From an uncultured candidate division Zixibacteria bacterium (GTDB taxonomy: Bacteria; Zixibacteria; MSB-5A5; GN15; FEB-12), in contig CAVTJJ010000005.1 in NCBI GenBank assembly GCA_963735035.1, forward strand, positions 45,193-109,192: 64,000 nt of DNA. Reading direction: 5' to 3'. Below, piece after piece: positions 11,066 through 20,348 of this stretch. Each line of letters begins with the position of its first letter. Position 1 is the stretch's first letter. Position numbers and translations under genes: made by a program. A model generated the notes under the pieces. It saw only the letters and a program-made list of their open reading frames with translations. It ran no database searches and was not told where the DNA came from.

Positions 11066-12802
11066 CTAAGCTTGTTCAGCCTTCTGTATCTTCGCCCAGG
11101 TGTCGCGCAACGTAACGGTGCGGTTGAACACCGGTCGTCCGGGAGTCGAGTATTTCGTATCGACACAGAAATAACCCATTCTCTCAAATTGATACCGCAC
11201 ACCGGGCTGAGCGTTCCGAAGGCTGGACTCCAATTTGCACCCGGTCAATATTTGCAGTGAGTCGGGATTGATATAATCCGTGAACTGCTTGCCTTCTTCG
11301 ACAGCCATCGGATTTTCCTGGGTGAACAGATTGTTGTACAACCGGACTTCTGCTTCGATCGCATGCGGCGCGGATACCCAGTGCAAGGTCGCCTTTACTT
11401 TGCGACCATCGGGGGAGTCGCCGCCCCGCGAGGCGGGATCGTAAGTGCAGCGAACTTCGACAACTTCGCCGGTCTTCGGGTCTTTGACCACCGACTCACA
11501 CTTGATGAAATAGGCGTAGCGCAGGCGAACTTCTTTGCCGGGGGATAGACGATAGAACTTGTTCGCGGGAACCTCCATGAAATCTTCCCGCTCGATAAAC
11601 AGCTCACGCGAGAACTGTACTTTTCTTGTCCCGGCGTTCGGGTCTTCAGGGTTGTTGACCGCGTCCATCGCTTCGACCTGACCTTCGGGATAGTTCGTTA
11701 TGACTACCTTGAGCGGCTGCAAGACTGCCATCACGCGCAGTGAGGTCTTGTTCAGATCTTCGCGTACGGAATGTTCGAGCAGGGCGATGTCCACCATCGA
11801 GGCCCGTTTGGCCAGACCGATCGCCTCGGCGAAACGGCGTATAGCCGCCGGGGTGTACCCGCGCCGACGCATCCCACTGAGTGTGGACATGCGGGGATCG
11901 TCCCAACCGTCGACGATACCGTTTTCCACCATCTGCATCAGCAGCCGCTTGCTCATGACCGTGTAGGTCAAATTGAGCCGGGCAAATTCGATTTGTTGGG
12001 GATGGTGTACGCCGAGCTGGTCGAGGAACCAGTCGTAGAGCGGTCGGTGATCCTCAAAGCCCAGGTCGCAAAACGAATGGGTGATCCCTTCAATCGAATC
12101 GGACACGCAATGCGTGTAATCGTACATCGGGTAGATGCACCACTTGTCGCCGGTTCGATGATGATGCGCGTGCAGGATGCGATACATGACCGAGTCGCGC
12201 ATATTCAGATTGGGGGAAGACATATCGATCTTGGCGCGAAGCGTCCGGGACCCGTCGGGGAACTCGCCTTTGCGCATGCGTTCGAACAGGTCGAGGTTTT
12301 CTTCGACCGAGCGGTCGCGGTCAGGGCTGTTTCGTCCCGGCTCTGTCAGGGTGCCACGATACTCGCGAATCTGATCGGCGCTAAGATCGCAGACGTATGC
12401 TTTGCCCATCTTGATTAGACGGACGGCGTAGTCATACAACTTTTCGTAATAGTCTGAAGCGTAGAAAAGCTTGTCTTTCCAATCGTAACCCAACCAGCGG
12501 ATGTCGCGCTGGATGCCGTCGACGTAACGGGTGTCTTCTTTGACCGGGTTGGTGTCGTCGAACCGAAGGTGATAGACGCCGCCGTACTGTTCGGCGATGC
12601 CGTAATCGATCGTAATCGCCTTGGCGTGGCCTATATGAAGGAACCCGTTCGGTTCGGGAGGGAACCGGGTTACTACTTTACCGCCGTTCTTGCCGGCCTT
12701 GATGTCCGCCTCGACGATCTGGCGTATGAAATCGGTTGGGGTGGATGGACCGCCGGAACCGGTATCGTTCGATTTCTTGTCTTCGGGATCTTCTTTGCCC
12801 AT
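11066..12802 (-). CDS. glnS: Glutamine--tRNA ligase
   Basis: '[17 protein letters not shown]', 'RFDDTNP', 'VMSKR', 'YQFERMGYF', 'FNRTVTLRD'. Start taken at ATG 12802. Confidence 0.97.
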   Translation of the reverse strand: MGKEDPEDKKSNDTGSGGPSTPTDFIRQIVEADIKAGKNGGKVVTRFPPEPNGFLHIGHAKAITIDYGIAEQYGGVYHLRFDDTNPVKEDTRYVDGIQRDIRWLGYDWKDKLFYASDYYEKLYDYAVRLIKMGKAYVCDLSADQIREYRGTLTEPGRNSPDRDRSVEENLDLFERMRKGEFPDGSRTLRAKIDMSSPNLNMRDSVMYRILHAHHHRTGDKWCIYPMYDYTHCVSDSIEGITHSFCDLGFEDHRPLYDWFLDQLGVHHPQQIEFARLNLTYTVMSKRLLMQMVENGIVDGWDDPRMSTLSGMRRRGYTPAAIRRFAEAIGLAKRASMVDIALLEHSVREDLNKTSLRVMAVLQPLKVVITNYPEGQVEAMDAVNNPEDPNAGTRKVQFSRELFIEREDFMEVPANKFYRLSPGKEVRLRYAYFIKCESVVKDPKTGEVVEVRCTYDPASRGGDSPDGRKVKATLHWVSAPHAIEAEVRLYNNLFTQENPMAVEEGKQFTDYINPDSLQILTGCKLESSLRNAQPGVRYQFERMGYFCVDTKYSTPGRPVFNRTVTLRDTWAKIQKAEQA

Positions 12803-12953
12803 ATCTGCGCTTTCCAAAAGGTTATACACTGAGACTACGGGGGCCAATTAGAAGCCGGGACGGCGGATTCGCAACAAGAAAAGGCGGGACAGTGCAATGC
12901 GTCAGGTCACACGACCCGTCCGCCAAGGAGCCTGTTGAGAGACCACTGAGTAT

Positions 12954-13125
12954 GTCATCGCGAGGCCCCGACTCGGTCGGGGCCGTGGCGATCTCAATTC
13001 CGTGGGCGGCACACGTCCTCGTGTGCCCCCGAGGGGCAGACCAGGAGGTCTGCCGCCCACTTCACTTTGAGATTGCCGCGCTACGATGACCCGCCTTACG
13101 TCGGGTCGTCTCCGCTCGCAATGAC
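12954..13125. repeat. Nested palindromic REPIN/MITE-like element, copy 2
   Basis: GTCATCGCGAG..CTCGCAATGAC outer IR, CGTGGCGATCTCAA..TTGAGATTGCCGCG middle IR, inner GTGGGCGGCA doublet. Confidence 0.88.
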
Positions 13126-13278
13126 GGGGAAAGGGTCTTCTTGGCGGCGCTGTTTTACCTTTCTTGCCGGACCGAGCGGCGGCTATATTCGCGGCGAATC
13201 CGGCCGCCAAGGGATATCGATTGGAACCCGATGGCAGTCGACGAAACCGATCGCTGTTTATGGAGGAATCTGGCTTTT

Positions 13279-14361
13279 ATGAATCGACAGACTCATCGCA
13301 TTTCGCAGAAAGCGGGTCTGAGCCCCGGCAGCGCGGTCTATGTCGGTCCGGACCGGACCGGCAAGGTCAACATTGACGTTATCGATTACGATGCCACCAG
13401 CCTGACTGAAAAGCGGGTCGGGGGGCCATCGGATTGCGCTCCTTTTCGCGAAACGACGACAGTAACCTGGATCAATGTCGATGGACTTCACGAACCGGCG
13501 GTGGTCGAGGGGCTGGGCAAGATTTTCGGGATTCATCCGTTGCATGTCGAAGACATCGTCAACAGCGGTGGTCGCCCCAAGGCTGATGACACGCCGGACT
13601 ATGTCTTTGTCGTGCTCAAGATGTTGTACGGGAACCCGGAAACCGGCGAGCTGGTGGTCGAGCATGTCAGCGTGGCGTTTGGTCGTAACTGGGTGCTGAC
13701 TTTTCAGGAGCCAGGACGCGATGTGTTCGATTCCGTGCGGCAGCGTATCCGCAAGACCGATCCGAGAGGACGTCTGCTCTCTACCGACTATCTCGCGTAT
13801 TCATTGATCGACGCCGTGGTGGACAATTATTTTATCGTCTTAGAAGATGTGGGGGAGGCAATTGGGAAGCTGGAGGACGAGATTGCCCTCCAACCCAAGA
13901 CGGAAAGTCTGGCGGCCATCCGGGAATTGAGGAAGAAACTCATACTTCTACGCAAAGCGGTCTGGCCTTTGCGTGAAGTTATCGGCAGCCTTGAGCGGAT
14001 GGAAACGGAGTTGATTCATCCGGCCACGGAACCTTACCTGCGCGATCTGTACGAGCATTCGGTTCAGGTCATCGATTCGGTGGAGACCTATCGCGATATG
14101 ATGGCGACCATGCTCGATCTGTATCATACTGCTGTGAGCAATCGTCTCAACGAGATTATGAAGATGCTCACGATCATCGCTACCATTTTCATTCCCCTCG
14201 GTTTTCTGGCTGGAGTCTACGGGATGAATTTCGACACCGGCGCCGGCCCGCTCAATATGCCCGAGTTGCGCTGGAAGTACGGCTACCTGTTGTTCTGGGG
14301 CATGGCGTCCTGTGTGGGCGGCGGGTTGCTGCTGTTCTTCCGTCGGAAGAAGTGGCTCTGA
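13279..14361 (+). CDS. corA: Magnesium/cobalt transporter CorA
   Basis: 'GVYGMNF' signature, 'MPEL', two C-terminal TM helices, GGAGG RBS before ATG 13279. Confidence 0.96.
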   Translation: MNRQTHRISQKAGLSPGSAVYVGPDRTGKVNIDVIDYDATSLTEKRVGGPSDCAPFRETTTVTWINVDGLHEPAVVEGLGKIFGIHPLHVEDIVNSGGRPKADDTPDYVFVVLKMLYGNPETGELVVEHVSVAFGRNWVLTFQEPGRDVFDSVRQRIRKTDPRGRLLSTDYLAYSLIDAVVDNYFIVLEDVGEAIGKLEDEIALQPKTESLAAIRELRKKLILLRKAVWPLREVIGSLERMETELIHPATEPYLRDLYEHSVQVIDSVETYRDMMATMLDLYHTAVSNRLNEIMKMLTIIATIFIPLGFLAGVYGMNFDTGAGPLNMPELRWKYGYLLFWGMASCVGGGLLLFFRRKKWL

Positions 14362-14367
14362 TGTACT

Positions 14368-15300
14368 ATGAAGAAACGTGTCGCATCTGTAAGTAACGTC
14401 ACGCTCGCGACCACTGAGGAATATCTCCGTAAGTTGGGGCGCTGGGTATGGTACTATATCGGTGGGCTAAGCCATCGTATGGGCGAGCATCACGCCTTCC
14501 TGATGGCCGGCGGACTGGCTTTTTCGCTCTTTGTGTGTGCTGTACCGCTGGTTTTGGTGGTTTTCTCCGTATCGAGCGGGCTCTTTGCGCGACCCGCGGT
14601 AACCGCCGAGATTCAACAGATGGTTGACCGGCTCGTACCGTATCCGGAATATGCGGTTTCGGTAAAAGCGTTCATTGTCGAACGTCTGACGGCCATGGCT
14701 GATGTCAAGCAAGTGGCCGGGATTGTCGGTGTGGTCGGTTTGCTGGTAGCAGCGAGCGGTCTTTTCAGCAGTCTCAGGACAATTCTCAAAGCGATATTCA
14801 GGCCTGAAAAGAGGGAATGGGTGCTTATCGGCAAGCTGTGGGATCTCGGGCTGGTTGTGGTCGCGCTCAGTTTCTTTGTGCTGCTCATTGTGGCGCTGCC
14901 GACCTGGGAGGCAGCATTTCAACTGGCGCGAAACACGGGATGGCTGAATCAGCTGCCTTCCGCCCTGACACGCGGCTTCAGCATGTGGTTGATCTCGTTG
15001 GTCACGCTGTTCGTAGCGTTCTCGGGTATCTATTGGCTGGTGCCGGTGCGAAAGCCGACTCGACGGGCGGTGCTGACCGGGGCGCTCTGGGGGGCGGTCC
15101 TTTGGCTGCTGGCCAAAGAGGCGTTTGGTTATTACATCGCCCACATGGCCACGCTCAAGCAGGTGTACGGAGTGTATACGTTCCTGATCGTCGCGGCGTT
15201 CTGGGTTTATTATTCCGCGCTGGCTTTGATAGTTGGGGCGGAGATAGGGCAGCTTTCATCCGAGCGGCACAAGACGCGAGCCCAGCACAAGAAGGAATAG
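14368..15300 (+). CDS. YihY/virulence factor BrkB family membrane protein
   Basis: 'AGGLAFSLFVCAVP', multiple TM segments, 'VYG..WVYYSALALIVGAEI'. Confidence 0.9.
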   Translation: MKKRVASVSNVTLATTEEYLRKLGRWVWYYIGGLSHRMGEHHAFLMAGGLAFSLFVCAVPLVLVVFSVSSGLFARPAVTAEIQQMVDRLVPYPEYAVSVKAFIVERLTAMADVKQVAGIVGVVGLLVAASGLFSSLRTILKAIFRPEKREWVLIGKLWDLGLVVVALSFFVLLIVALPTWEAAFQLARNTGWLNQLPSALTRGFSMWLISLVTLFVAFSGIYWLVPVRKPTRRAVLTGALWGAVLWLLAKEAFGYYIAHMATLKQVYGVYTFLIVAAFWVYYSALALIVGAEIGQLSSERHKTRAQHKKE

Positions 15301-15474
15301 TTGAATAAGTCTGTCCAATCGTCATTGCGAGCGGAGATGGCTCGCCGTCAGGCGTGACATCGTAGCGCGGCAATCTCAAGCTTGTTGTGGTAGCGTCATT
15401 TGAGATCGCCACGTCTCGCCCGCGAAGCGCGGTCGAGACTCGCGATGACGAGGTAGGAACTTCTTCAACACTCC
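15294..15474. mobile_element. MITE-like element (nested palindrome copy 3 with imperfect terminal inverted repeats)
   Basis: GGAATAGTTGAATAAGT (15294-15310) versus ACTTCTTCAACACTCC (15459-15474), enclosing GTCATTGCGAG..CTCGCGATGAC (15321-15449). Confidence 0.55.
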
Positions 15475-15496
15475 CAAGAAGGCGTAGGCTGGCGGA

Positions 15497-15850
15497 TCAG
15501 GCTTCGGGGTCGTCGGTTTCGAGATAGACGATGTCGAGTTCGTACCCCTGCTCGATCACCGGCTTGCAGGTGTGGCAGGCGGGGCAGATGAAATCAGGCT
15601 GATCGACTGTCCACCGGTGGCCGCACATTTCGCACCGAACGGCGGCGGGCACCCACTCGATTACCAAACGAACTCCGTCCATGGGCGTATCTTTGCAGAC
15701 GCACGTGAAACCGAAGGTCAGGGCGTCGGGGTCGACCGCGCTGAGGGCGCCTATGCGGACTCCGACGGCGCGAAGGTTCTCGAGGTGTTGTCGAGTAATC
15801 TCGGCCTGAACGCGTTCGACGATTTCGGTGGCGATGCCTAGTTCGTGCAT
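15497..15850 (-). CDS. hypA: Hydrogenase maturation nickel metallochaperone HypA
   Basis: N-terminal MHE motif, 'VRIGALSAVDP', CxxC and CPxC zinc finger. Confidence 0.93.
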   Translation of the reverse strand: MHELGIATEIVERVQAEITRQHLENLRAVGVRIGALSAVDPDALTFGFTCVCKDTPMDGVRLVIEWVPAAVRCEMCGHRWTVDQPDFICPACHTCKPVIEQGYELDIVYLETDDPEA

Positions 15851-16154
15851 AAAGTACCCGTATGAGTACCTGATAACACACGGGTGGAGGGATGTCAAGG
15901 GGGGCGGTGGGTAGGGCGGTTCCGCCTTCTCGGGTGGCCCACCATTTATGGTGGGGGATACTTAATAGTTGTCACCCTGAAGGCTTGTTGAAAGAGTCTA
16001 TGTTGGCTCAATTCGTGGCCTTACGCTCGTGACGGCGAATTCCTAACTCGCTGCAACGCGTCAGGTCACACGCCGCCTTTGGCGTCGCAAGACCTGACGC
16101 AACAACATTCGGGAAGTCCTTCAACTTGCCCTAAGTGTCGGGCCACCCATCTTC

Positions 16155-17513
16155 TCACCGCTGCTCCACCGAGTATGTTATCAACCGCGCGCTGCGGTTG
16201 CGGGTGAAATAGTTCCAGGCCCACTGGATGAACACCAGCAGTCGGTTGTCGAACTCCACCAAATACATCAGGTGAACGAACAACCACAAGAGCCAGGCCG
16301 GATAGCCGGTCATGCGCATCCAGCCAAAATCGGCCACCGCCGAGGCGCGCCCGATCACCGCCAGATTCCCTCGATTGCGATAATGATATGTCGGCGTCGT
16401 CTTACTCTGTATACGATTGTCAATCAGGTGAGCCACGTACCGCCCTTCCGACATCGCTACCGGCGCCACACCGGGCAACGGACTGCCGGTCTGATGACTG
16501 AAATTGGCAAGGTCGCCGATCACAAATATCTCTGGGTGGCCCGGCAGGCTGAGGTCCGGCTCGACTAAGATGCGGCCGGATTTGTCGAGGCTGGCGGCGT
16601 TGTTGTCGGCGAGAAGGCGACCCAGAGGCGACGGTCTTACGCCCGCGCTCCAGATGACAGTGGCGGAATCGATACGGGATTGGTCTGAGCCAGTCCGCAC
16701 CGTGGCCCCGGTTGGGTTAATATCTGTCACTAAACATGACGTCCGAATTTCGACACCCAGCCGCGTCAGGTCACGAGCCGCCGACTGCGCGAGCTTTTCA
16801 GGGAAGGCGGGCAGAATTCTCGGACCGCCTTCTAAAATGACAATGCGCGCTTCGGCCGGATCAATCGAGCGGAAATCCCGTTTGAGCGTGATGTGGGCGA
16901 TCTCACCCATAGCGCCGGCCAGCTCGACTCCGGTCGGACCGCCGCCTACGACCAGAAAGGTCAGCAGGCGACGCCGTGCTTCGGGATCGGCGGTAATTTC
17001 GGCCTCTTCAAAGGCCTGGTACAGGCGGGCGCGAATCCTGACCGCATCCTCGATCCCTTTGAGGCCGGGCGCAAACGGCTGCCACGAGTCGTGTCCGAAG
17101 TAGTGATTTTCGGTCCCGGCCGAGACTATTAGACTGTCGTATGGAATGCGGCGTTGCGCTAAGACTACCTCGCGATTCTCGCGGTCGATCCCGATAACCT
17201 CGCCCAGCACGACTGTCGCATTCTTCTGACGGCTTAGCACCCCGCGCAACGGCGACGCTATATCGCCGGGGGAGAGGCCGCCGGTAGCAACCTGGTACAG
17301 AAGCGGCTGGAAGAGGTGGAAATTGCGACGGTCGATCAAAGTCACGTGAACCGGCGCACGACGAAGCGATTTGGCCGCATACAGGCCGCCGAACCCGCCG
17401 CCGATTATGACCACCCGGTGTGGGGCAGTCTCGGATCGAGGGTGGCTGTCTCTACCGGTTGAAACAGTCTCATACGTTCCAGAAGTTGAATTGTCTTCCA
17501 AAGTAGCTCTCAT
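16155..17513 (-). CDS. ndh: Type II NADH:quinone oxidoreductase (NDH-2)
   Basis: Two GxGxxG motifs ('IIGGGFGG', 'VVGGGPTGVELAG'), 'FQPLLYQVAT', 'FVIGD', C-terminal 'AWLLWLFVHL'. Confidence 0.92.
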   Translation of the reverse strand: MRATLEDNSTSGTYETVSTGRDSHPRSETAPHRVVIIGGGFGGLYAAKSLRRAPVHVTLIDRRNFHLFQPLLYQVATGGLSPGDIASPLRGVLSRQKNATVVLGEVIGIDRENREVVLAQRRIPYDSLIVSAGTENHYFGHDSWQPFAPGLKGIEDAVRIRARLYQAFEEAEITADPEARRRLLTFLVVGGGPTGVELAGAMGEIAHITLKRDFRSIDPAEARIVILEGGPRILPAFPEKLAQSAARDLTRLGVEIRTSCLVTDINPTGATVRTGSDQSRIDSATVIWSAGVRPSPLGRLLADNNAASLDKSGRILVEPDLSLPGHPEIFVIGDLANFSHQTGSPLPGVAPVAMSEGRYVAHLIDNRIQSKTTPTYHYRNRGNLAVIGRASAVADFGWMRMTGYPAWLLWLFVHLMYLVEFDNRLLVFIQWAWNYFTRNRSARLITYSVEQR

Positions 17514-17680
17514 TTCAGCAACCTGCCGTCTACGTCTGCGCCATCATGCTGTGTAACAGTGGCGAGATTCATCTGTTCGCGGAATCTGTCCATGATGTGG
17601 ATCGCCCCGTCGCAAAACTATGCTTGATATGATAAGTGGTTCTGAGTAGAATGACCGGTACGCTTTGGAAAGGGGATCAA

Positions 17681-18067
17681 ATGCATTACGTCTTTACATT
17701 TACCACGTCGAAGTTTGATGTTACTAAAGAGGATGAGAACCCGATCAATCCTATTTACGGTCAGTCTCTGCTGCTGTGGCTCAAAGAACGAGTTGGGGAT
17801 GCCGTTGAGATTGGCAAGCCGGAAACCGAGGACTGGGGTTGGTATGTTGACATCAAGTGGAAGGGTCGGAACTACATGCTGGGTGCGAGCACGCAAGATG
17901 AGGACATAGTGAATGGAGAATACTACTGGTTCTTCCAAATACACTATCATCGCTCGCTCAAGAATTGGTTCCTGGGTCGCGGAAAAGGCCCGGAAGACGA
18001 ATGCGTTCAGTTCTTCAAGTCAGTTCTTGAGGGCGAGCCGGAGTTCCATGACGTGAGTCTGGAGTAG
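17681..18067 (+). CDS. Hypothetical protein
   Basis: RBS AAGGGGA before ATG 17681. Protein-like acidic/aromatic composition ('EDWGWY'). Confidence 0.72.
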   Translation: MHYVFTFTTSKFDVTKEDENPINPIYGQSLLLWLKERVGDAVEIGKPETEDWGWYVDIKWKGRNYMLGASTQDEDIVNGEYYWFFQIHYHRSLKNWFLGRGKGPEDECVQFFKSVLEGEPEFHDVSLE

Positions 18068-18209
18068 AACCGGGGCGTCACATCCTGCTTGCTCTAGCCA
18101 ACAATAATGGGTATGTTGATAGACAAAGGCTGGTATCAGCGATTGAAAGCCCAATTCCGCGCGGATGTCTATCATTTGACGTCTACGCCCAAGGGAAAGG
18201 ACCACTGAT

Positions 18210-18953
18210 ATGCTCAAGAAGATCCTGCTGGCTATCGCCACACTAATCGTAGTCGTACTCGTGACCGCCTATTTCGTCCGCAATGTGCTGGTCAAGAAAG
18301 CGGTCGAGAAGGGTTCCACTTACGCCCTCGGTGTCGAAACCGATCTCGGTTCGGCCAATCTAGCCATCACCGGCGGCAGTCTCGAACTCAGCGACCTCAA
18401 GATTACTAATCCAAAGGGTTTTTCCGCCACGGATTTCCTCACGTTACGTCGGGGCATGTTCAGTGTGGACGCCGGGTCAGTACTGGACGACGAAGTCGTG
18501 GTGGATTCGTTCATCATCGAAGGGATCACGCTGAATCTCGAACAGTCCGACCGAAAAGGGAATTTCCAGGAGTTGATGAACAACATCAAACGTCTGGATA
18601 TGACCTCGTCCGGGCAATCTCAGAAATTCCGCATCGGTCTGATCGCAGTGCGGGACGTCAATGTCAACGGCTCGCTTAGCATACTCGGAAAGAAGTCCGA
18701 GAAATCGTTCAAGCTCGACAATTTTGCTCTGCGCGATGTTGGAAGCAGCAGTGGCGCGACGATCAGTCAGGTTACTTCGACTGTCGTGAAGGCGCTTGTC
18801 GCAAAAGCTCTGAGTGCCAAGGGGGGGCTGTTGCCGGACGGTTTAGGGAAGAACCTTTCCGAATTGAAAGAAGAGGGGATCGAAAAGGTTAAGACCGAGG
18901 CGACTGACAAACTCAAGGACTTGGGCAAGTCGCTTACCGGGGGCAAGAAATAG
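18210..18953 (+). CDS. AsmA-like N-terminally anchored protein
   Basis: N-terminal TM anchor, 'LKITNPKGF' motif, beta-rich body. Confidence 0.72.
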   Translation: MLKKILLAIATLIVVVLVTAYFVRNVLVKKAVEKGSTYALGVETDLGSANLAITGGSLELSDLKITNPKGFSATDFLTLRRGMFSVDAGSVLDDEVVVDSFIIEGITLNLEQSDRKGNFQELMNNIKRLDMTSSGQSQKFRIGLIAVRDVNVNGSLSILGKKSEKSFKLDNFALRDVGSSSGATISQVTSTVVKALVAKALSAKGGLLPDGLGKNLSELKEEGIEKVKTEATDKLKDLGKSLTGGKK

Positions 18954-19122
18954 TCGTTTGACCGTTTCAAACGAACTCGTCTCGACGTGCGTATCGCCCG
19001 TCAATCAGGCTATTGTGCAATAACATAGGTCTGGTAAAATTTGGGAACTTCTCTAATTGGCAACGCGGTTAATAGGGGAACGATTTAACGGCAATTCATT
19101 GCCGCAGCCATGAGGAGAAGAT

Positions 19123-19665
19123 ATGTCTGGAAAGAACAAGTCCAACGGAGCATCAGCCGAAAGGGAATTCGTTATCAGCCGCGTGCTCGATGCCACTCGC
19201 GATCGGGTCTACCGGGCCTGGACCGACCCAAGCGTGTTGTCCCAATGGTGGGGGCCCAGGGGTTACACCAATCCGGTTTGTGAAACCGACTTGCGCCCCG
19301 GCGGCGTCTGGCGAATCACAATGCGCTCCCCTGAGGGGGTTGAATACCCGATCAAGGGCGTCTATCGCGAGGTTGTTGAGGGAAGGCGTCTCGTCCTCGT
19401 CGAAGATTGGAAAGATCACCCGGTCGAATTTCTCGAAACGATTCGCAAGGCGGTCGGCGGTAATCCCACGACGGAGGCGCTCAACACCGTGACCTTCGAC
19501 GAGCACGGCAGCAAGACGAAGCTGACTATTCGTACCCATTTCGAAACGCCGGCTGTTCGTGACGCCATGGTGAAGATGGGCATGAACGACGGCTGGAGCC
19601 AGAGCCTGGATCGACTTGAAGAACAATTGGTGCGGATGGCGACCAAGAAAGAGTCCGTCCGCTAG
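19123..19665 (+). CDS. SRPBCC/AHSA1-like (START-fold) protein
   Basis: 'RVYRAWTDP..QWWGP', 'DLRPGG.W', C-terminal 'GWSQSLDRL', RBS GAGGAG. Confidence 0.92.
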   Translation: MSGKNKSNGASAEREFVISRVLDATRDRVYRAWTDPSVLSQWWGPRGYTNPVCETDLRPGGVWRITMRSPEGVEYPIKGVYREVVEGRRLVLVEDWKDHPVEFLETIRKAVGGNPTTEALNTVTFDEHGSKTKLTIRTHFETPAVRDAMVKMGMNDGWSQSLDRLEEQLVRMATKKESVR

Positions 19666-19686
19666 ACTCATAGCCAGGGGGCAACT

Positions 19687-20100
19687 ACGAAATCGACCAG
19701 TATAACCGGGCAATGGTCCACATGGGCGCCTCGCCTCCAGAGTGTGTTGCGCATAATGGCCGCATTCATGTTCATGGAAGTGGGCTCGATGAAGCTCTTT
19801 GCATTCCCTATGGGAATGCCTCCTGACGGCGCTACCGCTCAATTGCTCACCCAAATAGGTGTGGGCGGCGTGCTGGAGTTCTTTGGTGGTGGGTTGCTAT
19901 TGCTGGGTCTGTTCACCCGTCCAGTAGCGTTTATCCTCGCGGGTGAAATGGCGGTGGCATATTTCCAGTTCCACTTCCCGAAGAGTTTCTGGCCGTCCAT
20001 CAACGGTGGTGGCGAAGCCGTGCTGTATTGTTTCGTGTGGCTCTATTTCTCTGCGGCCGGCGCCGGGCCGTGGAGCCTGGACGCTTTGCGGCGGAAGTGA
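19687..20100 (+). CDS. DoxX family membrane protein (likely start ACG 19687, otherwise GTG 19744)
   Basis: 'GLFTRPVAFILAGEMAVAYF', 'NGGGEAVLYCF', 'GAGPWSLD'. Confidence 0.9.
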   Translation, partial: TKSTSITGQWSTWAPRLQSVLRIMAAFMFMEVGSMKLFAFPMGMPPDGATAQLLTQIGVGGVLEFFGGGLLLLGLFTRPVAFILAGEMAVAYFQFHFPKSFWPSINGGGEAVLYCFVWLYFSAAGAGPWSLDALRRK

Positions 20101-20147
20101 CCTGGGCGCGATCACACGGGATAGCGTACGTCGGTGGCGAAAGGTTG

Positions 20148-20329
20148 TGTCAGGTCCTGTCACCGGCCCACCGGAGGTGGGGTGGGGATGTGACCTGACA
20201 CTACCACTACCACTCATTTGCATCGAGAGGTGTCAGTTCACACGCCCCCGATTAGAATCGGGGGCGCAGGAACTGACACAACATTGTCTACCCCTTCTGA
20301 AGGGGCAGACCAGGAGGTCTGCTGCCCAC
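20148..20329. repeat. REP-like hairpins (GTCAGGT.. doublets and a GGGGCAGACCAGGAGGTCTGC half element)
   Basis: TGTCAGGTC..GACCTGACA and TGTCAGTTC..GAACTGACA inverted pairs between convergent genes. Confidence 0.7.
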
Positions 20330-20348
20330 GTAATAGAATACTGTCTAC

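Noticed and set aside
13141..13278. Mg2+ (M-box) riboswitch upstream of corA, or T-box upstream of glnS
   Set aside because: No recognisable conserved motifs or terminator/antiterminator. The gap is mostly a palindromic repeat.
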